Shown: one piece after another, positions 41,963 through 51,303 of the stretch
How the letters are laid out: each line of letters opens with the position of its first letter
How positions within the stretch are numbered: the first letter of the stretch is position 1
Assembly (NCBI GenBank): GCA_040289665.1
Contig: PSLO01000009.1
Span: 3,308 to 67,307, forward strand
Direction of reading: 5' to 3'
Origin: Leptolyngbya sp. ERB_1_1
GTDB taxonomy: Bacteria > Cyanobacteriota > Cyanobacteriia > Leptolyngbyales > Leptolyngbyaceae
Length of the DNA stretch: 64,000 nt
The notes under the pieces: model-generated
Seen by the model: only the letters and a program-made list of their open reading frames with translations
Told to the model about the DNA's origin: nothing
Database searches by the model: none
Made by a program: the position numbers and the translations under genes

Positions 41963-42823
41963 TCAATCTCGCCGCATCACTTGAGGAGCCGCGACCCCCA
42001 AGGGAAGCGAAGCTACCGCAAAATTCCCTGCCTCGACCACGTACATTCCTGACCAACTCGCCAACAATCGCTGAGATAACTGCTGAATTTCGGCTTGTTG
42101 TGCCATGATCATGCGCCAGTTTGCCGGAATCCCGATCGTGCTGTTATATGCTCCAGAAATCGCCCCCGTTAACGCTGCAACCCCTGGAACCTGATAGCGC
42201 GTCTGTACCGCTCTCAGAATCGACACGCGAAAATCTCCTGGTGTGCTGAGAAAACAGTACAGCGCCAGCGCGATCGCAGCATCTCCGAGGGTGGCATCGC
42301 TCAGGGTCAAAATTAACTGAGTCGCGTCTTCAAGTCCGATTCCTTGCTGTACCATTGTTTCAACCTGCTGAAGCCGCTGAAGTTTGGGAATGCCTTCGGG
42401 CGGAGCGAGCACCGCCTCAAACATCGAAGCCACAAAACGACGAGGATTCAGCGATTCGCGCAAGGCTTGAGACAGGGTGTAACCGATCGCCAGTAAGTCC
42501 AATTCCGATACCGCAGGATTTTGCCAGAGGTTGAGAACGGTCTGAACATTCTGCCGCAGCTTCGTAAAGTCTTCGTGGAAGAACAGAAATACGGGCAGAA
42601 GAGCGATCGCAGATTCTGCTGTAGTCAGTGGCTCTCGAAAAATTGGATCGTTCGGATCTTCGACGCGACTCGGATCAATCAAAGATTCAGCATAAAACTG
42701 CATCAAACGATCCAGCGAAACGCGATGAGCGGGAACCCGACCGGATGATTGAATTCCGATCGTTTCTCCGACGATCGCTCCGATCATTGCTGCTTGAAAT
42801 CGATAGAGAAGTGCAGACTGCAT
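41963..42823 (-). CDS. ADP-ribosylglycohydrolase-fold protein, catalytically degenerate
   Basis: FQAAMIGAIVGETIG and AALTGAISGAY..GIP..W frame motifs are present; the usual acidic metal ligands are missing. Confidence 0.7.
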   Translation of the reverse strand: MQSALLYRFQAAMIGAIVGETIGIQSSGRVPAHRVSLDRLMQFYAESLIDPSRVEDPNDPIFREPLTTAESAIALLPVFLFFHEDFTKLRQNVQTVLNLWQNPAVSELDLLAIGYTLSQALRESLNPRRFVASMFEAVLAPPEGIPKLQRLQQVETMVQQGIGLEDATQLILTLSDATLGDAAIALALYCFLSTPGDFRVSILRAVQTRYQVPGVAALTGAISGAYNSTIGIPANWRMIMAQQAEIQQLSQRLLASWSGMYVVEAGNFAVASLPLGVAAPQVMRRD

Positions 42824-42951
42824 GATTTTTTCTCAAAACCTAGTGTAAAATTCTCGCTGATTTGTTTCATTTTTGGCAGACTCAAGCCGCTTTGAATGCA
42901 ACCTTACCCCCTAAATAGCGTCACATGATTCGTCTTCAACTTCGTTTTGCT

Positions 42952-43530
42952 ATGCAGCTTTTCCGATCGTTTGTGATTTCAACTGCGCTTGTCATGAGTA
43001 CGATCGCGCCCGGATTCACACAGGCTCCGACTCGAGCCATTGTCAGATTGGGCAGTCAGGGTGCAGATGTGACCGAGCTACAAAGTACGTTGAAACTTTT
43101 AGGGTACTTTGGAGGCTCAGTGAATGGCGTGTTTGAAGAGAGTACCGATCAAGCCGTAAGACGTTTTCAGCAAGCCGCTGGAATTGAGGCAGATGGAGTG
43201 GTTGGAGCCGCTACCTGGAATCGACTGTTTCCCACATCTGAACCCGTTGCCGCGAATGCTGCACCCAAACCAGTCCCGCAGACTGAATCGCGTCCAGTTC
43301 GGTCTGAGCCTGCTGCAACCGGAGAGTTTCCGATTTTGCGTCGAGGAGCGCGAGGCGAAGCAGTGCGAGGATTGCAAAGTCGATTAAGAGCGATCGGGAT
43401 GTATAACGGGGAAGTGGATGGGGTGTTTGGAGCCGGAACCGAAGCGGCAGTGAAAGCAGCGCAAAGCAAGTTCGGATTAGAGGCGGATGGGGTTGTTGGG
43501 GGTGCGACTTGGACAGCGATTTTGCGGTAA
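42952..43530 (+). CDS. Exported protein with two peptidoglycan-binding (PG_binding_1) domains (alternative start 42925)
   Basis: Signal-like N-terminus and two LRxGxxGxxVxxLQxxL...AVxxFQ...DGVVGxATW repeats. Confidence 0.88.
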   Translation: MQLFRSFVISTALVMSTIAPGFTQAPTRAIVRLGSQGADVTELQSTLKLLGYFGGSVNGVFEESTDQAVRRFQQAAGIEADGVVGAATWNRLFPTSEPVAANAAPKPVPQTESRPVRSEPAATGEFPILRRGARGEAVRGLQSRLRAIGMYNGEVDGVFGAGTEAAVKAAQSKFGLEADGVVGGATWTAILR

Positions 43531-44083
43531 GTTTTGGCGATCGTTGCTGTTGGTGAAGTGCTGTGAACTTTGGTAAATCAGGTGGATCTCTCTTAGAAAG
43601 GAATGCTACTTTAAATTCAAGACACAAAAGAAGTTGAAACCCTTCTTCCAAGCCAGATTAAAGCCTGTGTCTCCTGCTTTAGTCGCTCGCAAAATCTGAG
43701 AAACGGGACTACGATCGAACTTCAATTTACTTTACGATTTGTCTCACTCACTTCAGATGATTGGTTCACTTGAGGCAAGTTAAAGTGTAATGAAAACTAC
43801 AGCCTGATTTGGCTGAATCCGTAGTGATTGTTGATTAGAAAATTTGCGATTCTGTCCACTTTATTTGTTGCTTCTTGTTTCAGCTACACATACAACTAAG
43901 TGACTACAGTTTTCAGGGTTTGGCAATTCGCCAGACCCTTCGATCTATGAATTTGGTGTCCGAAGTTTAGAGAATCAAAATATTAGATAAGATCCGAAAC
44001 GACAATTCTTAAACACGCTTTCAAAGACCGTCCCCGAAATGTTCGAGATTTCGAGGACTTGTTCAATCTACAAATTGGTATCT

Positions 44084-44647
44084 CTAGCTGTTTGCTGCTG
44101 CCGTATCGGTTGCCTGTGAATCGGGCTTCGCTCCACCCATTCTCACTTCAGAGCAAAAAGATGCCATGCTAAACCCGCCGAATCGCTTCAAAATGCTGTG
44201 ACGTAGACGCACATTCGGGCTTTCAAACCATAGTCGCTCTTTAGAATACATCGTGTCGTATTCTGTGGTCAGCGTTAGCTCATTATTCTCTGCCATTTCA
44301 TAGCGACCCGCAACAGGAGCCTTCTCCGCGTAACCCATTTCTCGCAGTAATTTACCTTGTGTCGAATTTTCTGAATCCGCGATTGGTACCAACACAGTCG
44401 ATCCTGAGTGCTTCTCTTCATCCCATTCCATTGTGCCATTCCAAGTCACCCGCGCTCCGCACAATGCCGTTGCCGGGTCAACCTCGTACATCTGACAAAG
44501 CTGAATGACTGCCGGATCGGATTTATCTAAAAGTTCGATCTCAAGCGTAGATTTCCCGCCTTCTTGTTGCTTAAACGCGAGATGGTGACTGGTTCGCATC
44601 GACGACCATTTTCCCGCACTTTGTTGAAAAAATTCGACAATATCCAT
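44084..44647 (-). CDS. cpcS: Phycobiliprotein lyase, CpcS/CpeS family
   Basis: [54 protein letters not shown]. Confidence 0.9.
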   Translation of the reverse strand: MDIVEFFQQSAGKWSSMRTSHHLAFKQQEGGKSTLEIELLDKSDPAVIQLCQMYEVDPATALCGARVTWNGTMEWDEEKHSGSTVLVPIADSENSTQGKLLREMGYAEKAPVAGRYEMAENNELTLTTEYDTMYSKERLWFESPNVRLRHSILKRFGGFSMASFCSEVRMGGAKPDSQATDTAAANS

Positions 44648-44877
44648 GAAACAATCCTATGACTGGCTGGTTATCACTCCTTTATTGTAAAAGGTTCAGC
44701 CGCATTGAAAAATCAGACAGATGGTAAGTTGAAGATTCGATCGCACATGGATTGCACAAAGTCGGAGCGCACCATGCCAATGCAAGTGAAGCGAGTGACC
44801 CCAAGAATATTTGGAGCTTGAAAGCCAAGCAGAGTTTCGCAGTTCAACAAAACATGAAGCACATCGTTCTTAAAATC

Positions 44878-44914
44878 AAAAATCCCTCGAGCTGGTTGAG
44901 TCGAGGGACTTTTT
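44878..44914. terminator. Terminator hairpin downstream of the small basic protein
   Basis: TCCCTCGA (44883-44890) / TCGAGGGA (44901-44908), flanked by an A-run and a T-run. Confidence 0.7.
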
Positions 44915-44983
44915 CGTGAACTTGTTCATAAGCTAGTGCGAACAGTCTGTAGAGCAACGCTACTGACAAAGCCTCATCCAAGC

Positions 44984-45169
44984 CTACACATCAGCAGCGC
45001 CTTCAGAAACCCGGTTTTCACCTTGATCCCCTTCGTTCTCATCGCGGTTGCCGTCAAATCGTCTGCCACGATTGCCAAACCGACCTGTATTCGTGCGCTT
45101 GCGGAATTTACGCGCGTAAGCTTGGTTACGCAGAGCTTTTTCTTTCTTTTGGTTGCGGCGTTTAGCCAT
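44984..45169 (-). CDS. Small protein, basic N-terminus and acidic C-terminus (61 aa)
   Basis: AGGGG RBS-like sequence upstream; MAKRRNQKKEKALRNQAYARKFRKR; own downstream hairpin. Confidence 0.75.
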   Translation of the reverse strand: MAKRRNQKKEKALRNQAYARKFRKRTNTGRFGNRGRRFDGNRDENEGDQGENRVSEGAADV

Positions 45170-45331
45170 TGTTTACCCCTTACTTGTCACAGTCTTTGCT
45201 GAATCTAGACGCAGTTGACGATTATATTTCATAACTGAAGGTTTTAGCTAGTCCCTTGCAGCGATTCGAGCGATCGTAAACGTAATCCAGATTACAGCTT
45301 AGCTCGATCCTGCCGACGCAAAACTTAAATT

Positions 45332-46633
45332 TCACAGCAGCGATCTCGCAAATTCTACGGCTTCTTCGCGCGTCGAAATTTTTGCTTCGGCTCGTGCCAA
45401 CTGCAACGCTGCCAGAAGCTTGCCAATCTGAGGACTGGGCGGAATTTGTAAGAGGTTGATCAAATCTTGTCCAGTTAAAATTGGATTCGGATGCGCTACC
45501 GGATCGGACGGATCAAGAAATCGATCGATCAGCATCGCCACATCTTCAACTGGAAGCTTGATCGCAAAACCGAGAAGCGCGATCGCTGGAAAAACTGCGC
45601 CCACCGTTTGAAAGAACTGATACTGCTCCGCCAGCGACCAATCGGCGATCGCATGACCCGATTTTAGCTGCGGCAACGCTTTCAAAACCGTACTCACAGC
45701 TTGAATTTCCGCACGACTATATTTCAGTCGCCACAATTGTGCCTCAGCAGTTTGGGGATCATCCGGTAGCAAGCTGGCAAGTTTGGCGATCGTTACCCAA
45801 GTTCGGACTGATCCCTTCGCCTCGGATGCTTTGGGAGTGCCGCGCACCGTCCGGCTCAGTTCTGACCAAAACTCCGTCCAGGTTTCTTGTAAATGCACCG
45901 TGACATGATCGATCGCAGCAATTTGTGCGAGACGATCGGGCGTTGCACTTGGAAACCAGTCATGCAATAAGTCATCTTCCCAAGCTGTTTTAATCCAGCT
46001 TGTTCCGCGTGCGGTTCCCAAAAGATAGTTCAACTCGGATTGCACCCGTTCAGCCGCGATTTTGTTCAGATCAGGCGCGAGTTGGCGAATGGCTTGCTGG
46101 GTTTCGGAGTCTAGCGTAAATCCGAGTTGAGCGGCTTGACGATACGCCCGGAGCAATCGCAGCGGATCTTCTGCCAAATTCTCAACCGAGACCATTCTGA
46201 GGCGTTTTTGCTGCAAATCTTCGTAACCGTGAAGCGGATCGAGCAAATCTTTCGTGTGGGGATTGTAAGCGATCGCATTCACCGTAAAATCACGTCGGCG
46301 CAAGTCATCCTCTAACGTTTCGCCCACTTGAAGCGCAAAATCCGCTGTTCCTTGTTCAAACACCACGCGGGCGATCTGTCGCTCTGCATCGAGCACCACG
46401 AATCCAGCGCGATAATGACGCGCGATCGCCTGTGCGGTTTCTACCGCATCGGTGGGTAAAACGAAATCGAGATCGAGATATTCAGAATGTCGATCGAGCA
46501 ACGCATCTCGCACGGTTCCACCCACCAAACACGCGGATTTTGGCAACCACTTTAGATTAAAGGGCCACGTCTCCGGCGACAGAGCGGACGAAACCAATGC
46601 CACGTTGCGATAATGTTCTAACTGCAAATTCAC
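45332..46633 (-). CDS. Class II tRNA nucleotidyltransferase (probably CC-adding type)
   Basis: LVGGTVRD, DLD, DLRRRDFTVNA, EDPLRLLRAYR, AERV..EL; short loop before motif B. Confidence 0.85.
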   Translation of the reverse strand: MNLQLEHYRNVALVSSALSPETWPFNLKWLPKSACLVGGTVRDALLDRHSEYLDLDFVLPTDAVETAQAIARHYRAGFVVLDAERQIARVVFEQGTADFALQVGETLEDDLRRRDFTVNAIAYNPHTKDLLDPLHGYEDLQQKRLRMVSVENLAEDPLRLLRAYRQAAQLGFTLDSETQQAIRQLAPDLNKIAAERVQSELNYLLGTARGTSWIKTAWEDDLLHDWFPSATPDRLAQIAAIDHVTVHLQETWTEFWSELSRTVRGTPKASEAKGSVRTWVTIAKLASLLPDDPQTAEAQLWRLKYSRAEIQAVSTVLKALPQLKSGHAIADWSLAEQYQFFQTVGAVFPAIALLGFAIKLPVEDVAMLIDRFLDPSDPVAHPNPILTGQDLINLLQIPPSPQIGKLLAALQLARAEAKISTREEAVEFARSLL

Positions 46634-46826
46634 GCGCTTAGCTAACCTAGATCGAAGTCGTACTGTAACAAAAAAATCGAGTCGGAGAAAACCTCTTCAC
46701 GAGTCGATCGCAATATAAATCAACCTAATTTCAGGTGATAAATTGAATGCGCCTGAGCTAGAGTAACAGAAAAGCAAGCTCAAACACCCCTATCCCCTCT
46801 ATTGTGATGCAGAGGAACCGGAAACC

Positions 46827-47075
46827 ATGTGTATTTGCGTAAATTGTCACTATGTCGATCGCTGCACCACTTACAACGCAGTCGAAACTCAGCACGAACA
46901 GGCTCATTTAACTGAAACGCCTGATTTTGAAGCAACCGAACCCACGATCAATGTGAATATTCGCGATCGTGGAGATCACATCGAGATGGAATGGGATGTG
47001 GTTGGCTGTCTCAGCTTCAAGGAAGAAAAAGGCAAGTGGGCGAAGCTTCGACCTGGTGAGTTGATTCCAACTTAA
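46827..47075 (+). CDS. ycf34: Ycf34-family Fe-S protein
   Basis: MCICVNCHYVDRC...EWDVVGC.SF.EE.GKW..LRPGE.IPT. Confidence 0.92.
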   Translation: MCICVNCHYVDRCTTYNAVETQHEQAHLTETPDFEATEPTINVNIRDRGDHIEMEWDVVGCLSFKEEKGKWAKLRPGELIPT

Positions 47076-47166
47076 TACAGATCTCCGTATCAGCCGAATT
47101 GCAAATTGTGGATTGGCACCTGATTTGAGGGAATGTTAAGGGCGTAAAAACCTTGAGAACAAAACC

Positions 47167-48606
47167 TTGAAAACCAGGTTCCAAGCCGTGCGTTTCATTC
47201 GTCGCTCTTCGTGTCATCTCACTGCTGCAATTGTCGCATTTGGGTTTGCTGCTTTTCCCGCGTCTGCTCAAGATGCTAAGGCAAATGTGCCTAAACCGTC
47301 TCCTGAAGTGTTAAATCGGATTCAGGAAGCAAAGAACCTTTTCAATCAAGGCGAAAGTCGGACGCGGGATATCAAATATCGCGAGGCGTTAGAGTCTTAC
47401 AATCGCGCGATTCAACTCAATCCGACGTGGGGCAGTCCTTATATCAGTCGGGGAGCGGTTCGATCGAAGCTTGGAGATTATCAAGGTGCAATTCAAGACC
47501 TCGATCAAGCGGCTCAAATCAATCCCACGGATGCCATGATTTACGCCCATCGAGGCAGTGCGCGGCTTAGTTTGGGAGATAGCACTGCTGCACTCACTGA
47601 TTTAAACCAAGCGATCACCCTCAATCCCAATCTGGCGATCGCTTATGTGAATCGGGGTTATATTCACGCACAATCGCAAAACTGGGATGAAGCGATCGCG
47701 GATTTTGATCAAGCGCTGCGAGTTGAGCCGAAATCTGCGCCTGCTTTGGTCAATCGGGGCTTTGCAAAATTACAGAAAGGCGATCGTCAATCCGCACTTG
47801 CTGATCTCAACGAAGCGATTAAACTTCAACCGAATTCTGCAGAAGCGTTGTTGGCGCGTGGCACGATTCAGAACGAAATCGGAGAATCAGAAAGTGCGAT
47901 CGCAGATTTTTCTCAAGCCATTCGCCTTAAACCGACCTTAGCCGATGGGTATTACAACCGCGCCCAAGTAAATGCAAAATTGGGCAATCTTGAAGCGGCA
48001 GAAGCAGATTTAACCAAACTGGCAACGCTCAACCCTGATCAAGCAACGGTCTTTCACCAACGGGGGATGGTACGCGCTGCACTCGGTAACTCCGAAGGCG
48101 CGATCGCAGATTATAACCAAGCGTTAAAACTAGAGCCGAATTTTGCACCTGCGATCAAAAGTCGAGGGGACTTGCGGGCTGCCGGAGGCGATAGAGAAGG
48201 CGCGATCGCGGATTATAACCAAGCGGTACAAATTCAGCCAAATTATGCAGCGGCACTCTCACAGCGGGCAGAAGTGCGATCGAAATTAGGCGATCAATCA
48301 GGTGCAACGCAAGATTTTAGTGCGGCGGTCGATGCAGACAGCAACAATCCGAATGCTTATGAGAATCGGGGCGAAGCGAGAATGAACAGTGGGGATTTGC
48401 AAGGTGCGATCGAGGATTTTAGCAAAGCGATTAGTCTAGATTCGAGCCGACCGAAAGCGTTCTACTGGCGAGGTATTTTGCTCAAACGCATGGGAAATCG
48501 GCAAAGCGCGATCGTGGATCTTCAGCGAGCAGCGGATTTGTATCTGCAAAAAGGCGATGCAGAAGGGTACCGGAACACGCTGGCTCAAATCAATCAAATT
48601 AACTAG
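47167..48606 (+). CDS. Exported tetratricopeptide-repeat protein
   Basis: Signal-like AAIVAFGFAAFPASAQ followed by about 12 TPR units (AYxNRG...AIADFxQAIxLxP). Confidence 0.88.
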   Translation: MKTRFQAVRFIRRSSCHLTAAIVAFGFAAFPASAQDAKANVPKPSPEVLNRIQEAKNLFNQGESRTRDIKYREALESYNRAIQLNPTWGSPYISRGAVRSKLGDYQGAIQDLDQAAQINPTDAMIYAHRGSARLSLGDSTAALTDLNQAITLNPNLAIAYVNRGYIHAQSQNWDEAIADFDQALRVEPKSAPALVNRGFAKLQKGDRQSALADLNEAIKLQPNSAEALLARGTIQNEIGESESAIADFSQAIRLKPTLADGYYNRAQVNAKLGNLEAAEADLTKLATLNPDQATVFHQRGMVRAALGNSEGAIADYNQALKLEPNFAPAIKSRGDLRAAGGDREGAIADYNQAVQIQPNYAAALSQRAEVRSKLGDQSGATQDFSAAVDADSNNPNAYENRGEARMNSGDLQGAIEDFSKAISLDSSRPKAFYWRGILLKRMGNRQSAIVDLQRAADLYLQKGDAEGYRNTLAQINQIN

Positions 48607-49430
48607 GGATGGCTTCGATCGAGCAATTTTGATCGCACCGCTTCGATTGCTGAATGTTCCCCGTATTGTTCCAACTGATCCAGCAATGTAAGCAAATCTA
48701 CGGTAAGCGGTATTCCAAGCTGCAGCGCTTCGAGTGTTTCTTTCTGAGCAAATACGGTTTCAGGTGTGCCTTCGAGCGCTAATGATCCTTGATTGAGAAC
48801 AATCACCCAATCTGCCCAGCGATACACCCACTCTAGGTCGTGTGTTGCCATGACGATCGTGGTTCCAGTCGCGTGAATCGTTTCTAAAGATTGAGCTAGG
48901 GCGCGGATGTGGAGCGGATCGAGGTAAGCAGTTGGTTCATCGAGTAGGAGTAATTCAGGCTTCAGCACCATGACACCTGCAAGAGAAACGTGCTTTTTTT
49001 GTCCCAAACTTAACTGATGAATCGGACGATTGGCGAGTTCAATCAATCCGAATTCTTTTAGTACCGGGTCGATCGCGGCTTCAATCTGCGATTCCTCCCA
49101 CCCTAAGTTGCACAAGCCGTAAGAAATGTCTTCGATCACCGTTGAGGCGATGACTTGCTGTTCGGGATTTTGGAACACTAATCCAACTTTTTGCCGCAGA
49201 TCGATCAGCGATCGTCGATCGTACTTCAGCCGTTTTCCTTTCCAATAAATTTCGCCGCCCTGAGGTTGATACAGTCCGTTTGCAAGCAGAAATAAAGTCG
49301 TTTTACCGCAGCCGTTCTGACCAATTAAAGCAATCCGTTTCGAGCTTGGAATTTGCAGCGTTAAAGCTCGAATGGCAGATGCCGTTGTTCCCGGATAGGT
49401 GTAGTCAACGTTGCGAAATTCTAGAAGCAT
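48603..49430 (-). CDS. cbiO: ECF transporter ATPase (CbiO-like)
   Basis: GQNGCGKTT, FQNPEQQ, LSLGQKK, LLLDEPT, ATHD. Confidence 0.85.
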   Translation of the reverse strand: MLLEFRNVDYTYPGTTASAIRALTLQIPSSKRIALIGQNGCGKTTLFLLANGLYQPQGGEIYWKGKRLKYDRRSLIDLRQKVGLVFQNPEQQVIASTVIEDISYGLCNLGWEESQIEAAIDPVLKEFGLIELANRPIHQLSLGQKKHVSLAGVMVLKPELLLLDEPTAYLDPLHIRALAQSLETIHATGTTIVMATHDLEWVYRWADWVIVLNQGSLALEGTPETVFAQKETLEALQLGIPLTVDLLTLLDQLEQYGEHSAIEAVRSKLLDRSHP

Positions 49431-50206
49431 AGACTTAGTAAAAGCAGAAAACAGCCGAAACTTGCTTCGATCGTATATCGTTGAGAGGTTTGATACCGTT
49501 GCGGCGACCAAACCCGAAATGTACCGTTGAAGCCCCTTGCAGCCGTTGATAATACGAATTGCTGATAGTTTTCCATTGTCCTCCGAAAAAGCTGGCTCAC
49601 CAAAAGACTCAAGCTATAGAACCAACGTTGCTGTGTTCGATATCCATTACGAGAATGCTGAGCTGTCCAGAATTCGCTTGCAGTAGACAATAAGATAAAA
49701 ATAAAACGATACATTAATAGTAACAACTCTGTTAGTATTTCTGGACATCTCATCTGTCTCATAACTTGTAATACTTCTGAGAACGGAGTCGTCAACAGTA
49801 AAAAATATAGACATGAAACAGTCGCGATCGTGCGCGTAAAAATCAATCCGGCTTGTAAAACGCCCTGCTGACTAAGATAAAAGTAATATGAGCCGATCGA
49901 CCATCCCGATAGAACATCCGCCTGAATGCTCGCCTGTTCAGACAGTGCAACGCCAGCGATTAACAATGCGGGGATGCTCGTCAACCAAAATACGATCGCA
50001 ACACTCAACATCCGCCCGTAGATCTTGCTCGGAATTCCGGCATACTTCACAACCCAAACATTCATCCAGATCGCGATCGCAATTTGGATGATGGGGCGAG
50101 TGACCAACGCAAGAACCAGCACAATTCCTGCAAATAGCACTTTCTGTCGAGGCGGTAAACCTCGCAAGCGATTGTGATAAGAAAATGTATCAATCCATAA
50201 ATGCAT
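49421..50206 (-). CDS. cbiQ: Cobalt/nickel ECF transporter T component (CbiQ-like)
   Basis: Multi-pass TM protein with LLTTPFSEVL, LMYRFIFIL and conserved SRNG and ARGF motifs. Confidence 0.82.
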   Translation of the reverse strand: MHLWIDTFSYHNRLRGLPPRQKVLFAGIVLVLALVTRPIIQIAIAIWMNVWVVKYAGIPSKIYGRMLSVAIVFWLTSIPALLIAGVALSEQASIQADVLSGWSIGSYYFYLSQQGVLQAGLIFTRTIATVSCLYFLLLTTPFSEVLQVMRQMRCPEILTELLLLMYRFIFILLSTASEFWTAQHSRNGYRTQQRWFYSLSLLVSQLFRRTMENYQQFVLSTAARGFNGTFRVWSPQRYQTSQRYTIEASFGCFLLLLSLCF

Positions 50207-50209
50207 TCA

Positions 50210-51124
50210 TTAACACGCTTGAGCAACCAGAGTCCGATGACGCGGAGAGTTACAAGTTAGAGTCGGTTGAGTAAAGCCTGCTTCCACGATCGCACGCTCC
50301 AAATCAAACGTAAAGTACTGATCTAGATAAGGTTCCGTACTTTTGAGCAGCGTCAGAATATACGGCGGCATCTTGGCATGAACTTCAGAACGCGGATTCA
50401 TATCCATAATGGCAAGATGACCCCCCGGACGCAGCAATCTTCGTGCTTCTTGCAGAATCGTGATCGCAGCATCCTGCGGCAACTCATGAAACAATAAGCA
50501 AGCCGAAACCAAATCATACGAAGCAGAAGGTAAACCGGTCGCTTCCGCCGCTGCGTGTCGCCAATTGATATTTTCACGACTGCCCGTTCGATACTCTGCA
50601 ACGGCTAAGAAATGCGGTGAAAGATCCACACCCGTCACCGTTGAATCTGGGAAAGTTTCTTGCAGCGCAACGGTACTCATTCCCACACTGCACCCGAAAT
50701 CTACAATCGCTTTCGGTGCAGTTGAAATTTCGGATTCTAAGACATCGTGATAACTTTGCCGCAATCGTCGATCGCCATCTTTTCCGGCATCTTTCCAAAT
50801 CCGAGCATGAACCGCATAAGCTGCCACTTCAACTTCAGTTGCAGGCTCCCAGGCTAAATTTCCCGCTTCATATGCATGGAATGGGCGCAGATAATATTCG
50901 GGATATTCCAAATCGGGATTGTTCACTTTTTCAAACTCTGCTGACCAATCTCGCGCCTGCAAATCAGCCACAATTTCTGTCCAAGGAACGCCGATCAATT
51001 CTGCGCGTTTGATCATCATGTTGCGAGCGCGAACCCTTGCCAAATTAAACACAGGCGGAATTGATAGAATACCGCTGACGATGCGGGAGGTCAGTCTAGG
51101 CTTGGTTTCGCGAGTCGCTGTCAT
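50210..51124 (-). CDS. Class I SAM-dependent methyltransferase
   Basis: IVDFGCSVG motif I, GVDLSP, YDLVSACLLFHELP, LRPGG. Confidence 0.88.
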   Translation of the reverse strand: MTATRETKPRLTSRIVSGILSIPPVFNLARVRARNMMIKRAELIGVPWTEIVADLQARDWSAEFEKVNNPDLEYPEYYLRPFHAYEAGNLAWEPATEVEVAAYAVHARIWKDAGKDGDRRLRQSYHDVLESEISTAPKAIVDFGCSVGMSTVALQETFPDSTVTGVDLSPHFLAVAEYRTGSRENINWRHAAAEATGLPSASYDLVSACLLFHELPQDAAITILQEARRLLRPGGHLAIMDMNPRSEVHAKMPPYILTLLKSTEPYLDQYFTFDLERAIVEAGFTQPTLTCNSPRHRTLVAQAC

Positions 51125-51196
51125 ATTTAAATTTGGATTTAATCAACACTTCTCATTCTACCGGAGCGCGATCGCTAGACAAATAAAGGAATTAAA

Positions 51197-51266
51197 GATA
51201 CAAATGTTCTGAGAAAGATAAACAAATTTACTAGACGAGCGTGCAAATTTGTGATACAAGTGTTCT
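51197..51266 (+). promoter_or_regulatory. Two variant LexA boxes upstream of lexA
   Basis: GATAC-AAA-TGTTCT (51197-51210) and GATAC-AAG-TGTTCT (51253-51266), each one mismatch from RGTAC-NNN-DGTWCB. Confidence 0.65.
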
Positions 51267-51303
51267 AAAATCCTTTAGTTATTTGTGATCCTGGCAGGCG
51301 TTT

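Noticed and set aside
43211-43651. 146-aa minus-strand ORF
   Set aside because: Mostly antisense to the peptidoglycan-binding gene, with a weak start and no motif.
51125-51303. Cobalamin riboswitch ahead of the methyltransferase-cbiQO unit
   Set aside because: The gap is short and AT-rich with no B12-box-like sequence; it is occupied by LexA-box motifs.
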